A DNA stretch of 47,963 nucleotides. Source: an uncultured Methanosarcinaceae archaeon (lineage in GTDB: Archaea; Halobacteriota; Methanosarcinia; Methanosarcinales; Methanosarcinaceae). Both the position numbers and the translations under genes were made by a program. Below the pieces are notes generated by a model. The model did no database searches and had not been told where the DNA came from. It was given only the letters and a program-made list of their open reading frames with translations. The stretch spans positions 1-47,963 of the forward strand of contig CAVRJG010000073.1 of assembly GCA_963721455.1 (NCBI GenBank). Direction: 5' to 3'. Shown piece by piece: positions 20,076-31,853 of the stretch; position 1 is the first letter of the stretch, and every line of letters begins with the position of its first letter.

Positions 20076-21623
20076 ATGGGGAGGGGAAGCGGAGTCTGTA
20101 AATTTTTAGGAATAATCTTCATTTTTAGTCTGCTGGTTAATGGGAGTTGTGCAGCAGAAGAAAACGATGAAACGAATACTAATTTAAATGACCCAATAAA
20201 TAGCACATTAATTGGCACAATAAATGGTACAATAAATAGCACAATAAATGACGCAACAAATGAAACAATAATTGGGGTAATAAATGGCACGATAAATGGT
20301 ACAATAAGTAACAAAGAAATGTTTTCAAGTATTCTTTTATTGCCACTTTTTCTTGGAGCTCTTATTTTTTTGTTCTGGCTGTGCCGGTTTTTCGATAGAA
20401 TGAACTTTTGTTTTGTTATTTTTTTACTTATAGCGTTATTATTGGAGCTTCTGTGGCTTCACGCAGTTGATTTGATCTCAAAAGTAGTTCCTTATATCAT
20501 TGTTTTGATATTGATTTCTATACTCTACGTTATTTATTATGAACGTAAAAAAAGAGATGAAAATAACGCAAGCGGTAAAAGTAACCTGATAATGGGGCTT
20601 CACGATATATTAAGAAATTTTATTGTAATTTTTGCAGTTCTAATATGGCCTATTGTACTTTTATATTTTGATCGAAATAGAATAAACTATGTTACATTTT
20701 ATGGAATAAAGGAATTGCAATTCCCGGTCTATATAATAGCTGCGTCATTTATTGGCATCCTCTCTTACCTTTTTTTAAGTATTGAAGAAACCTTTGGCCA
20801 CCTTATTCCGGAATACGAAAAGATGAGCATTGTCTGGTCGTATTTAAGAAGAATTTTTATTGCACCTTTTATAGCGATAATAGGCTTTTACTTGCTAAAT
20901 GACCTTCAAAATAGAGATGAATTCAGTGAGATAAATGACTACTTTGTATTCGTATTTTCTTTTTTTGCCGGCGTATTCACCAAAACTATAGAAGAATGGA
21001 TTTATGCATGGGTTCAAAAACTTCTTCCCGGCGCTAAAAATAAAGAATTTAGTGCCAGAATCAAATATGAAGTTAAAGAATCAGACTTTGTCAAAAAACT
21101 TGGGTGCGATGAAGATCTGGCATATATGCTGTACAATGCAAAGATAAGGACAATAGAAGAACTTGCAAGCTTCAATAATAATATGGGTATACTTATAAAC
21201 AAAGTTAACATTGATACCCGAAATCAGGGAGAAGGAACTAACTGTCCACTTAACGAGATGAAAAACACTCTTGGAAGTTATACGGAGGAACAACTCCAAC
21301 TGTATATAGACAGAGCAGAGCGTTACACGAAGATGGATGAAATATCGGATTTAGTCAAATACCTCAAAATGGACAGAGATTTAGCGTTCAAACTTTGGCT
21401 CCGTGCCGGTATAAAAGATACTGATGGCCTGAAAAACTGTGATCCAAAATATGTTCATAAAAAAATTTGTGACTACAAAAAGGAGTCTCAAGAGGTTCAT
21501 GACAGATTGTGTGAATGTTCAGAAGATATAATTCAAAAGTTCAAAGAGGAAGCACAGAAAGAAAAAGAAAAGGAAGAATCGAAGCTAAATTATAACTCAA
21601 ATTCGACAGATCCCATTAATTAA
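20076..21623 (+). CDS. Uncharacterised multi-pass membrane protein with Asn/Thr repeat linker and two C-terminal HhH-like repeats
   Basis: Signal-like N-terminus, INGTINST repeats, about seven hydrophobic segments, LAYMLYNAKIRTIEELA and LAFKLWLRAGIKDTDGLKNCDP. Confidence 0.8.
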   Translation: MGRGSGVCKFLGIIFIFSLLVNGSCAAEENDETNTNLNDPINSTLIGTINGTINSTINDATNETIIGVINGTINGTISNKEMFSSILLLPLFLGALIFLFWLCRFFDRMNFCFVIFLLIALLLELLWLHAVDLISKVVPYIIVLILISILYVIYYERKKRDENNASGKSNLIMGLHDILRNFIVIFAVLIWPIVLLYFDRNRINYVTFYGIKELQFPVYIIAASFIGILSYLFLSIEETFGHLIPEYEKMSIVWSYLRRIFIAPFIAIIGFYLLNDLQNRDEFSEINDYFVFVFSFFAGVFTKTIEEWIYAWVQKLLPGAKNKEFSARIKYEVKESDFVKKLGCDEDLAYMLYNAKIRTIEELASFNNNMGILINKVNIDTRNQGEGTNCPLNEMKNTLGSYTEEQLQLYIDRAERYTKMDEISDLVKYLKMDRDLAFKLWLRAGIKDTDGLKNCDPKYVHKKICDYKKESQEVHDRLCECSEDIIQKFKEEAQKEKEKEESKLNYNSNSTDPIN

Positions 21624-22554
21624 TATAGTATTTTATTACAAAAAACGGATTGTGTCGACACAATGTCTTTAGAAAAAATGAAAATGTCAAAAATCAAAAA
21701 TCAAAAAACACAAGACAGAACTTCGAATTGTATGAAGAAAACAGAAGTTCAAAGCCCATTTATACATTGTAAAATGTATACTTCTGTCAAATTGGGGTAA
21801 TAATGCAACCAGTAACCCTGAGCCCGGAAATACGGCAGAGAATAACACAGAGTCAAAAAACATGGTAGAGAATCAATCAGATAAAGAAAACGAAGGTCCG
21901 ACGGAAAGCCAATAAAACTTATTGATCCACTTCCGGACATGAAACCTGTAAGATCCTCACTTTAATCTAACCTTCCCAAATCTTTTTTACAATTTCATTT
22001 TTTAATTTTCCGGCACCCCATTTTATTCTTCACTTTGCAGAACCCCAAGCTCTCACCGGGCGCGAAGCGGCCGGCTTTTACATGATTTCATGAAAGAATT
22101 TAAAGAAATGAGCTGTGCGATTTTTGATTTCAGGCAATTCCTTCAAATGCATTTTTGATTCACGGAGTTCAGATTATTATTTTTCAGAACTCATAATTCC
22201 ACTTCACAGAAAAGGAAAAACATGATTTATACATGATTTATGATAGTGGAATCTCTCCTTAAATTTGAAGAAATTGTAAAAAAGAGCAAGAGTTAAAAGG
22301 ATTAGAGGATATACCTGAACAGAAAATCCTTAAAGAATAATATTAGAAATCTTATCGAAATCCTCATTAGGGAATGAATTGAGGATATATGCCAGGCTGA
22401 AAATAAGCGGGAATAATTTAATTCACGACTAAGAAATCATAAAAACCGCAAGCCTCGGAAGCACAGGATAGTATATCCCTAAAGAACATGAGAATAATTT
22501 CCATGTGCCTGCTTTTTCCATGCATTCCAACCTCCTGATTTAGAGGAATAAAAA

Positions 22555-24093
22555 ATGATCAATGGTGAACTAAAAAACCAAATAGACAGCATCTGGAACG
22601 CTTTCTGGTCCGGAGGAATCTCCAACCCCCTCGAAGTTATCGAACAAATTACCTACCTGCTGTTTTTACGGCGACTGGATGACCTGCACACGCTGGAGGA
22701 AAATAAATCCGCACGCCTCAAGCGCCCTATGGAGCGCCGTGTCTTTCCTGAAGGAAACGACCCAAAGGGTCGCCCATATGAGGATTTGCGCTGGTCCCAC
22801 TTCAAGCACTTCGCCCCTGCCGAGATGTTCACAGTTGTCGACGAGCACGTCTTCCCCTTCCTGCGCACCCTCGGAGGCGACGGTTCCACATATGCTCAGC
22901 ACATGGAAGGTGCCCGTTTCACCATTCCCACGCCTGCACTGCTGTCCAAGGTAGTTGACCTTCTGGACAATGTTCCTATGGAGAACCGTGACACCAAAGG
23001 CGACCTCTATGAATACATGCTTGGCAAGATCGCCAGCGCCGGCCAGAACGGCCAGTTCCGAACCCCGCGACACATCATCAGCCTGATGGTGGAACTAACC
23101 GCTCCCCAGCCGACAGATATCATATGCGATCCAGCATGCGGTACTGCAGGATTTCTCGTAGCTGCGGGCGAACACCTGCGAGAGTACCATCCGAACCTCC
23201 TGCACGATGAGAGGCTGAAACAGCACTTCCACCACGGCATGTTCCACGGCTTTGATTTCGATAACGTCATGCTCCGCATAGGCAGCATGAACATGCTGCT
23301 TCACGGAGTGGAAAACCCGGATATCCGTTACCGCGACTCTCTTGCCCAGGAGAACGCCAGCGACGAGGAAGCCTACACGCTGGTGCTGGCCAATCCTCCA
23401 TTTGCAGGTTCGCTGGACTACGAAAACACTGCAAAAGACCTTCTGCAAATCGTCAAGACCAAGAAAACAGAACTGCTTTTCCTGGCCCTTTTCATGCGCC
23501 TGTTGAAGCCAGGCGGCCGGGCTGCTGTTATTGTTCCTGACGGCGTGCTCTTCGGCTCAAGCAAAGCCCACAAGGAACTTCGCCGCATGCTTGTCGAGGA
23601 GCAGAAACTTGATGCCATTGTTTCACTTCCCGGCGGCGTTTTCAAGCCCTATGCCGGCGTTTCAACCGCTATCCTCCTTTTCACCAAAACAAATTCAGGA
23701 GGCACAGACCACGTCTGGTTCTACGATGTCCAGGCCGACGGCTGGAGCCTTGACGATAAGCGCTCTCTTCTCCTGAGCGAGGACAAACTGGGCCCTGTTC
23801 CCTCAACCGAGCTTGGCGAGGACGAGCACGCCAAAAATAACCTTCCTGATATCCTGGCCCGCTGGCAGGAACGCAATAAGAACGAACTCAAACGCTCCCG
23901 AACCGAGCAGAGCTTCTGCGTGCCAAAAGCTGAAATCGCCGCTCAGGGCTACGACCTTTCCCTCAACCGCTACAAAGAAGTCGTGCATGAGGAAGTGGAA
24001 CACAGGCCCCCGAAAGAGATACTCGAAAGCCTCGCAAAGCTGGAAGCTGAGATTCAAAAGGGGATGAAAGAACTGGAAGGGATGCTAGGATGA
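22555..24093 (+). CDS. hsdM: Type I restriction-modification methyltransferase subunit
   Basis: GQFRTPR, DPACGTAGFL, NPPF; intact 512 aa. Confidence 0.96.
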   Translation: MINGELKNQIDSIWNAFWSGGISNPLEVIEQITYLLFLRRLDDLHTLEENKSARLKRPMERRVFPEGNDPKGRPYEDLRWSHFKHFAPAEMFTVVDEHVFPFLRTLGGDGSTYAQHMEGARFTIPTPALLSKVVDLLDNVPMENRDTKGDLYEYMLGKIASAGQNGQFRTPRHIISLMVELTAPQPTDIICDPACGTAGFLVAAGEHLREYHPNLLHDERLKQHFHHGMFHGFDFDNVMLRIGSMNMLLHGVENPDIRYRDSLAQENASDEEAYTLVLANPPFAGSLDYENTAKDLLQIVKTKKTELLFLALFMRLLKPGGRAAVIVPDGVLFGSSKAHKELRRMLVEEQKLDAIVSLPGGVFKPYAGVSTAILLFTKTNSGGTDHVWFYDVQADGWSLDDKRSLLLSEDKLGPVPSTELGEDEHAKNNLPDILARWQERNKNELKRSRTEQSFCVPKAEIAAQGYDLSLNRYKEVVHEEVEHRPPKEILESLAKLEAEIQKGMKELEGMLG

Positions 24094-25290
24094 GTGACGC
24101 CCCACAATGGAAAAGCTTTGCAATATTGCTGAACTTAACCAGAGATTCAAGGAAAAGTTGGAAAGCGACTCGAATGTTTCTCTTTGTGCCAATGGCAGCA
24201 GTTATAGCCGATATGGGCACAGTAACTGGAGAAGAAAAACAATATTGTGAAGTAAGTAAAGGCTATACATCCTTTGCTGATGGCGATGTGCTTGTTGCAA
24301 AAATCACTCGCTTGTTTCGAGAACGGGAAAATTACCCAAGCAAAACTAAAACATAAGGTAGGATTCGGTTCTACGGAGTTTCATGTAGTTCGTCCCCTAG
24401 AAGGAAAATTAGATGCACGTTATCTACTTCATTTCTTGAGGCAGGAACGTATCCGATTAGAGGGTGAACGAAAGATGACTGGCAGTGCAGGACAGCGCCG
24501 TGTACCTGCGAAGTTTCTTGCTAGTTTGGAAATCCCTCTTCATTCCTTGCCAGAGCAACAAAGAATTGCAGACATTCTGGACCGTGCGGAGGCTCTTCGA
24601 GCCAAACGCCGTGATACCCTTGCCCAGCTTGATGAACTTGCTCAATCAATTTTTATAGATATATTCGGTAATCTTAATCTTCCAGAGCAAACTATAGGCG
24701 ATCTTTTGGATTCGGGTGCTCTGTTGCTCCACAAGGATGGAAACCATGGAAGTCTCTACCCACGAGCTGATGATTTTGGTGACGAGGGTATTCCATTTCT
24801 CTCTGCAAAAGCTCTAACTGATGACGGTCTCATCGAAAATGCGCTCATTGAAAAATTGAAAGAAGATAAAGCAATTAAGCTTAAGATTGGTTGGATTGAA
24901 AAAGGAGATGTTCTGCTCGCTCATAATGCTTCAGTTGGAAAGGTTGCATTCTATGACGGACGCTTTGAAAAAGCATTGATTGGAACATCCTTGACCGCTT
25001 TTCGTCCCAATCCTGAAGCTTTGGATTCTCGATATCTTACAGCTTCGCTCCGATTTCCTATGTTCCAGCGTCAGCTAGAGAAGAATATGGGACAAACAAC
25101 TCGAAATCAAGTTCCGATTACCGCCCAAAGAAAACTTCTGATTGTTCAACCGCCTCTCCTTCTCCAACAGGAATTTGCCCGCCGTATAGAATATATCGAG
25201 AAACTAAAAACAGCACACAAAACCTCTTTAGCGGAACTGGATGAGCTTTTCGCCTCTCTCCAGTACCGAGCTTTCAGGGGGGAACTGTGA
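24090..25290 (+). pseudogene. hsdS: Type I R-M specificity subunit with frameshifts in the first TRD
   Basis: Segments IAELN..SNVS / FVPMAAV..KGYTSFADGDVLVAKIT / CFENGK..GFGSTEFHV lie in different frames; LPEQQRIA and LFASLQYRAFRGEL conserved regions. Confidence 0.9.
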
Positions 25291-25334
25291 ATGAACCCCG
25301 CAGCCCATGAACTAAGTTTTAGTGGAGCCGATCT

Positions 25335-28300
25335 ATGAGCAATTTCGCCTTTCTCGAAGCCGAATGGCCTTCTTTGTATGAGGCTGCCATAAAAGCCTCA
25401 AATGCAGTTTATCCTGACCCGCGTACTGCCTGTTTTTACGCTCGCAGGGCTCTGGAGCTGGCTGTGCAGTGGATGTATAAGCACGATTATTCACTGCTCC
25501 TGCCCTATCAGGATAATTTGAGTGCTCTAATTCATGAGCCTACATTCAAGGAAGTTGCGGGAGAGGCTGTTTTCAATAAGGCACGGGTTATTACCCGGCT
25601 TGGAAATCAGGCCGTGCACAGCAACCGTTCCATTCTGGAATATGATTCAGTGACAGCCGTACGTGAGCTTTTTCATATTAGCTACTGGCTGGCCCGCACC
25701 TATGCAAGGAAAGGAAAGCCTGAACACGAATTGAGTTTTGATCCCGAGGAGCTGCCCAGAACAACTGTCCCGAAACAGACTATAGAACAGCTTCAGAATC
25801 TGGAAAACAGCCTGCGGGAAAAGGACGAAAAACTCTCGGAACTTCTGGCCGACAAATCCGCGCTGGATGAAGAACTCAAACGCCTGCGGGCCGAGGTTGC
25901 AAAGGCAAAAGAAGCTTCAGCCTTACAGCCGGACACACACGATTATTCCGAAGCTCAGACCCGCGACTACTATATTGATCTTCTGCTCAAAGAGGCCGGC
26001 TGGGCCCTGAATAAAGCTCAGGACAGGGAATTTGAAGTCTCAGGCATGCCCAACGAAAGCGGGGTTGGCTTTGTAGACTATGTGCTCTGGGGCAACGATG
26101 GCAAACCCCTGGCACTGGTAGAAGCAAAAAGAACCAAACGCGACCCTCGGGTTGGCCAGCAGCAGGCAAAACTCTATGCCGATTGTCTTGAAAAACAATT
26201 TGAGCAGAGGCCGGTGATCTTCTATTCAAACGGTTACGAACACTGGATCTGGGATGATACCAACTACCCGCCAAGGCAGGTTCAGGGCTTCTACAAAAAG
26301 GCTGAACTGGAACTGCTTATCCAGAGGCGCAGTACCCGTAAATCTCTCTCTGAAGCTGAGATCAACTCAAACATTGCCGACCGCTACTATCAAACCCGCG
26401 CCATCCGCCGCATTTCAGAATCTTTTGAAAAAGACAATGACCGAAAAGCTCTGGTAGTAATGGCTACAGGTGCAGGCAAGACCCGAACTGTTATTGCACT
26501 CTGCGACCTGCTAATGCGTTGTAACTGGGCCAAACGCGTGCTCTTCCTGGCCGACCGCGTGGCTCTGGTCAAACAGGCGGAAAATGCCTTCAAGCAAAAT
26601 CTGCCCGATTCCTCACCTGTGAACCTTGTCACGGAAAAAGATACTGAAGGGAAGAGTATTCGTTTCGACCTATCCGACAATGATGAAACAGATAGATGAG
26701 ATGAACGACGGGCAGCGGCGCTTCGGGGTTGGACATTTCGATCTTGTGATTATCGACGAAGCCCACCGCTCGGTCTTCAAGAAATACCGCGCCATTTTCG
26801 AATACTTTGACTCCCTGCTTGTGGGCCTTACAGCGACGCCCAAGGACGAAATTGAACGTAATACATATCGCCTCTTTGACCTTGAAAACGGCGTGCCTAC
26901 TGATGCTTATTCTCTCGACGAAGCAATAAAGGACGGATTTCTGGTTCCCCCAAAAGCGGTGTCAGTGCCTCTGAAATTCCAGCGTGAAGGAATCAATTAC
27001 GATGAGCTCCCTGACGAGGAAAAGGACCAGTGGGATTCTCTGGAGTGGGACGAAGAAGGGGAAGTCCCTGACCGGATAGAAGCCGAAGCCGTCAATAAAT
27101 GGCTTTTCAACAAGGATACCGTCGATAAGATACTTGGGCACATGATGACCCGAGGGCTGAAAGTCGCTGGCGGCGACCGTCTGGGTAAAACCATCATCTT
27201 CGCCAAAAATCAGGCACATGCTGAGTTCATTGCCGAGAGGTTCAATGTCAACTACCCCCATTTTAAAGGCGAATTTGCTCGCGTTATTACCTTCAAAACA
27301 GAGTATGCCCAGAGCCTGATAGACAGTTTCTCAATCAAGGAAAAAGCCCCACATATTGCTATCTCAGTGGACATGCTCGACACAGGCATCGATGTGCCAG
27401 AAGTCGTGAATCTGGTTTTCTTTAAACTGGTTCGTTCCAAAACAAAATTCTGGCAAATGGTAGGGAGAGGTACACGGCTCTGTCTTAACCTGCTTGGACC
27501 CGGAAAGGATAAGCCGTTCTTTTATCTCTTCGACTACTGCCAGAACCTTGAGTTCTTCAGTCAGAACCCTGAAACTACCGACGGCACACTTGGGGAAGCG
27601 CTCGGTACACGCCTGTTCAAAACCCGGCTTGAGCTAATCTCCGAACTGGATGAAAAACTCAAGGCTGATGCCGAATACAATGTTGTGGAGCACAAAGAAA
27701 CTTACGGTGAGCCAAAAACAGAAGCCGAAGTTCGCTTCTCGATTGCCACAATGCTGTACAGAGAAATTGCCTCAATGAACATGGAGAACTTTATAGTACG
27801 GCCAAAGAGGAAGCTCATAGAAAAATACTCAAAGCCTGATACATGGGTCAGGTTATCGAGTGAAGAACTGGACGAACTGTCCTATGAAGTCGCGGGTCTG
27901 CCATCAGAATTGGACCCGGAAGCAGAAGAATCAAAGCTTTTTGATCTTCTGATACTGAATATTCAACTGGCTTTACTGCGTGCAGAGCCTTCCTATGAAC
28001 GTCTGACCACTCAGGTGAAGGATATCGCAGGTCTCCTTGAAGAGAAGTCAGCTATTCCGATGGTGCGTGAACAGATGCTGCTGATTCAGGACGTGCAAGC
28101 CGATGAGTGGTGGCAGGATGTAACAATTCCCATGCTGGAAACGCTTCGAAGGCGTCTGCGTGCCCTTGTAAAACTGATCGAAAAACAACGAAGAAAGCCT
28201 ATATACACCGATTTCGAAGACGAAATGGGCAATGAAATTGATGTAGAGCTTCCAATCTTCGCTGAAACTGGAGATTTTGAGAAGTTCCGTGCGAAAACTA

Positions 28301-28770
28301 GGACTTTTCTCCTTGAGCATCAGGACCACATCGTCATTCATAAGCTTCGGATGAACATAGCATTGAACCCTTCAGATCTTAATGAGTTGGAACGACTGTT
28401 TTCTGAAAGCGGCGTAGGAAAACCAGAAGATATTGCTCGCGCTAAAGAGAAGTCGAAAGGTTTAGGTCTGTTCGTACGCTCACTTGTGGGGTTGGACCGT
28501 GAAGCTGCAAAACAGTCGCTGGCCATATTCATATCAGATAAGACTTTGACTGCAAACCAGATCGAATTCATAAACCTGATTATTAATCACCTTACCGAAC
28601 ACGGAACAATGGAAACTGCATTACTTTACGACTCCCCATTTACTGATTTTACACCACATGGTCCTGATGGGCTTTTCACCTCAGCTCAAGTGGAGGAGTT
28701 AATAAAAGCACTTGAACAGATAACAGCAACAGCACTTGCATCCCCGAGTTCGCAACAAACCACTGCTTGA
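25335..28770 (+). pseudogene. hsdR: Type I restriction endonuclease subunit R (EcoAI/EcoEI-like), split by a single frameshift at ~26650
   Basis: VDYVL..LVEAKRT, ATGAGKT in ORF1; DEAHRS, TATP, QMVGRGTR in ORF2; junction at GGG 26649-26651. Confidence 0.92.
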
Positions 28771-28993
28771 GGGTCTTTGAGATACCAGGTAATTCTCGTG
28801 TCAGGCCTGTAGCTCAGAGGTGAGATCCAAACTCACAGCTGCAAGAACATATGCATTTCGGTAGTCAGTATTCAGAGTTATTTCTGGAAAAGGAAATTCT
28901 CGCCGCACCGAGGCGACAATTCGATGAGCAAATTGCCTACTCACTGCGTAGACAATTGGCAGCCGAGCGGGTAAGGGTCTCAAGGAGGAAAAC

Positions 28994-29164
28994 TTGAGAC
29001 AGATATCTGATGGCTACTGGATAATGCTGGCGCCTCTTTCTGCAGGTAAACACACGATTTACATTTACGGTAAGGCGGAGAATGTGTTTCCGGATGGCTC
29101 TGACTTCGTAACGGAAATGACTTACAATCTTGACGTACAACCTAAAAGTCAAATGAAGCCGTAA
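28994..29164 (+). pseudogene. C-terminal fragment (56 aa) of a probable secreted protein
   Basis: SDGYWIMLAPLSAGKHTIYIYG..FVTEMTYNLDV; TTG preceded by AGGAGG. Confidence 0.4.
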
Positions 29165-29262
29165 ATCTCTATATGGAGAGTGTTATTTCTGAAGTGTCTC
29201 TATCATCGGTTTTTAAGATCGATGATAGTGTGCTTTTTTGGCTGAATGTGGAAAAGAGAAAG

Positions 29263-30561
29263 TTATTCCAGCATCCACTTCCAGACCGGTTTAACTGTGA
29301 TCGTTTTCTTCCCATCTTTGCCTTCAATCCTCAGGACTTCTTCATCGTCCATAGTTAGAATAAGCCCCTCTTCAAGCCCGTATTCATCCAGAGCTTCCAT
29401 AAGCCCTAGAATCTCTCTCTCCCTGGCTGCCGGGCTTCCGAAGTAAACCGAGACCTGAATTGCAGCCGAGATTTTCTGGCTGTCTTTTTCCTTGATAAGG
29501 AAATCGCATTCCTTCTGACCCTGGAAATAAGATATCTGTTTTTCCCGCCTGAGCAACTCCAGAAATACGAGGTTCTCAAATCTCAGCCCAAGGCTGTCCG
29601 GGTAATTGGGATATACCGCTTTAAAGAAACCCGTATCGCCTGCGTAAACTTTACAGGGAACATCTTTTCCCATCCCGTTTTCCTGGAGATTATTGAGTTT
29701 CGGGACCCTATACAGCAAAAAAATGTCTTCCAGATAGTCCAGATAGCTGCTTATAGTCTCTTCATCCTCGATCCCGCTCACCTTTTTCAAAGTATCGAAA
29801 GAGTATTCCGAAGCCATGTTCGAAATCAGGAATATGGCAAGCTTTTTTAGCCCTCCGGTATTCTGGATATCATAACCGGCTGCAACTCCTTTTTGCAGGC
29901 TTTCTTCAAAATATTTCTGAGAAATCCGGATGTCGCCGTTTTTGATTACATCCGGAAAGCCGCCGTTTTCAAAATACTGCAGAAACATGCATAACATTTC
30001 ATCGCTCAGGGAAGGTGTAAGAAAGTTCGGCTCTGGTATTCTGGCACCTTTCATGAGCAGGTATTCTTTGAAAGAGAATGGGAAAAGCTTTAAAATCTTA
30101 CTTTCGCCTGTAAACCTGGATGAAAACTCATGCCTCAAGTTTGATTTAGACGAGGTTATAAAAATTCCTGCCCCTTGCCTGTGAAGCCTGTCAACCCAGC
30201 TCTCCCAGCCCCGGATATTATGGATCTCATCGAGAAAATAGTAAACCTGCGCGGCCTCGTTTCTTTCAGGTTCTTTTCTGCAAATTTCGGCTGCAATTTC
30301 CTCAATTGCCTGAAAACTTTCGGACCCGAACTCCTGTATCCGGCTGTCTTCAAAATCAATATAGATTTTTAAACCCTGGAGATTACTGGCAACCTGCCTC
30401 AGGAGAGAAGTTTTGCCTGTATGGCGGGGGCCACAGATAAATTTAATTTCACTGTCTTCCAGGCAGGGGAAGAAGGAAATGTTACGGGGGGTAAAATCTG
30501 AGGAATTTTGAAAAAAACTTTGGTTACTGAGTATCAGGGGTAGAAGTTCCAGTTTTTTCAT
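29263..30561 (-). CDS. AAA_14 + DUF4143 ATP-binding protein
   Basis: GPRHTGKT, FLDEIH, LFPFSFKEY, GGFP, KVYAGDTG, FENLV, ECDF. Confidence 0.9.
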   Translation of the reverse strand: MKKLELLPLILSNQSFFQNSSDFTPRNISFFPCLEDSEIKFICGPRHTGKTSLLRQVASNLQGLKIYIDFEDSRIQEFGSESFQAIEEIAAEICRKEPERNEAAQVYYFLDEIHNIRGWESWVDRLHRQGAGIFITSSKSNLRHEFSSRFTGESKILKLFPFSFKEYLLMKGARIPEPNFLTPSLSDEMLCMFLQYFENGGFPDVIKNGDIRISQKYFEESLQKGVAAGYDIQNTGGLKKLAIFLISNMASEYSFDTLKKVSGIEDEETISSYLDYLEDIFLLYRVPKLNNLQENGMGKDVPCKVYAGDTGFFKAVYPNYPDSLGLRFENLVFLELLRREKQISYFQGQKECDFLIKEKDSQKISAAIQVSVYFGSPAAREREILGLMEALDEYGLEEGLILTMDDEEVLRIEGKDGKKTITVKPVWKWMLE

Positions 30562-30873
30562 ATGATCAGAGTGTTTGTGAAGTGGAGCTATATAGTTATT
30601 CTGGCACGAATAAGTACATTAAAGCAATTATAACCCCTGTGCATAAATCTGGATAATTAACAAAGACAGAAAAAAGTTTTGGAAGACTATAAGCTTATAT
30701 TTTTCGATGGCGGAAAGGAGTTTTTTATAAGCTCCTGCGTAAATCAAGTGCAAATCAAATTTGGCTGAAACAAATCCACAGAAACATATAAATAAAGGAG
30801 TGAATATGGACTCTGGCAGCACATTGTAAGTGCAAAATAGGAAGGAGAAGTTTACTCCCTCAACCTGGAGAAA

Positions 30874-31398
30874 TTAACTCTTTCCTGACACTTCTTTGCT
30901 CTCTTTATCAATCAGTATCTTTAATAAAGCAGCAGCTACATCTAAAGAGGTATATTCCTCCTGAATAAGTTTTTCAACTAAATTACTATATTCTCCCAGA
31001 TGCCCTGCATCAACAATATCTTTTACATTCTCTAAAAGTATATTTGTTCTAATCTCTTCAACGTCACTGACAGAAGGAATTCTTTGAGCTATAATTTTAG
31101 TCTTTGTAAACTGCTGAATCTGCCTTATTCGATATACTTCTTTGCCTATCACAAAGGTGAACGCACGTCCTGCCTTTCCTGCCCTGGCTGTTCTTCCGAT
31201 TCTATGCACGTAATACTCGTCATCCGTAGGTATGTCGTAGTTAAAAACAGCTTCCAGGTCTCCTACATCGATTCCCCTGGCTGCCACGTCAGTGGCTACC
31301 AGGACCTCGATATCTTTCTTCCGGAACCTGGACATCACAATGTCTCTTTGCTTCTGCTGCATGTCCCCATGCAGGCCATCAGCCAGGTATCCTCTTAT
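30874..31398 (-). pseudogene. 5'-truncated DEAD-box RNA helicase (C-terminal RecA domain only)
   Basis: RGYLADGLHGDM, ATDVAARGID, YVHRIGRTARAG; no DEAD motif upstream. Confidence 0.85.
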
Positions 31399-31679
31399 CC
31401 TACATTCGGCAGGTCGACATTAGATATTGAAAATTTTTACTGATGGCGTTTTTTAAACATTATGCAAATATATATTGGGTTTGTAACTGGTTAACGTATA
31501 ACCCAAATCTCACGACATATATGAACAATGAATCATTTTTGCAATAACGTTTGGTATCAGATAATATGTGTTTTCGAGCAAAAACGCTAGCAGTAAAAAT
31601 ATTGCGAAAAATACAAGTTACCTGCCGAAAGTAGGTCTTATCTTGAGATCCTCGACCAGTTCGTCTACACGTTTTTTCG

Positions 31680-31830
31680 GGTTCTGTTGCAAAAAATCTG
31701 TCTGTTTTACAAAATCAGTGAAAACCTTCACAATTAGGAAAGTTAACCATTATTATTACCTCGAAAAATGGTACGTAAAGGTATCAATTATAGCCTTAAA
31801 GTGCAAGAAGAAAATTTTTGCAACACAACC
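31680..31830 (+). mobile_element. ~150 bp MITE with IS6-like ends
   Basis: GGTTCTGTTGCAAAAA ... TTTTTGCAACACAACC. Confidence 0.8.
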
Positions 31831-31853
31831 ACCCGGTCTCCTCTTGGCAGCCT

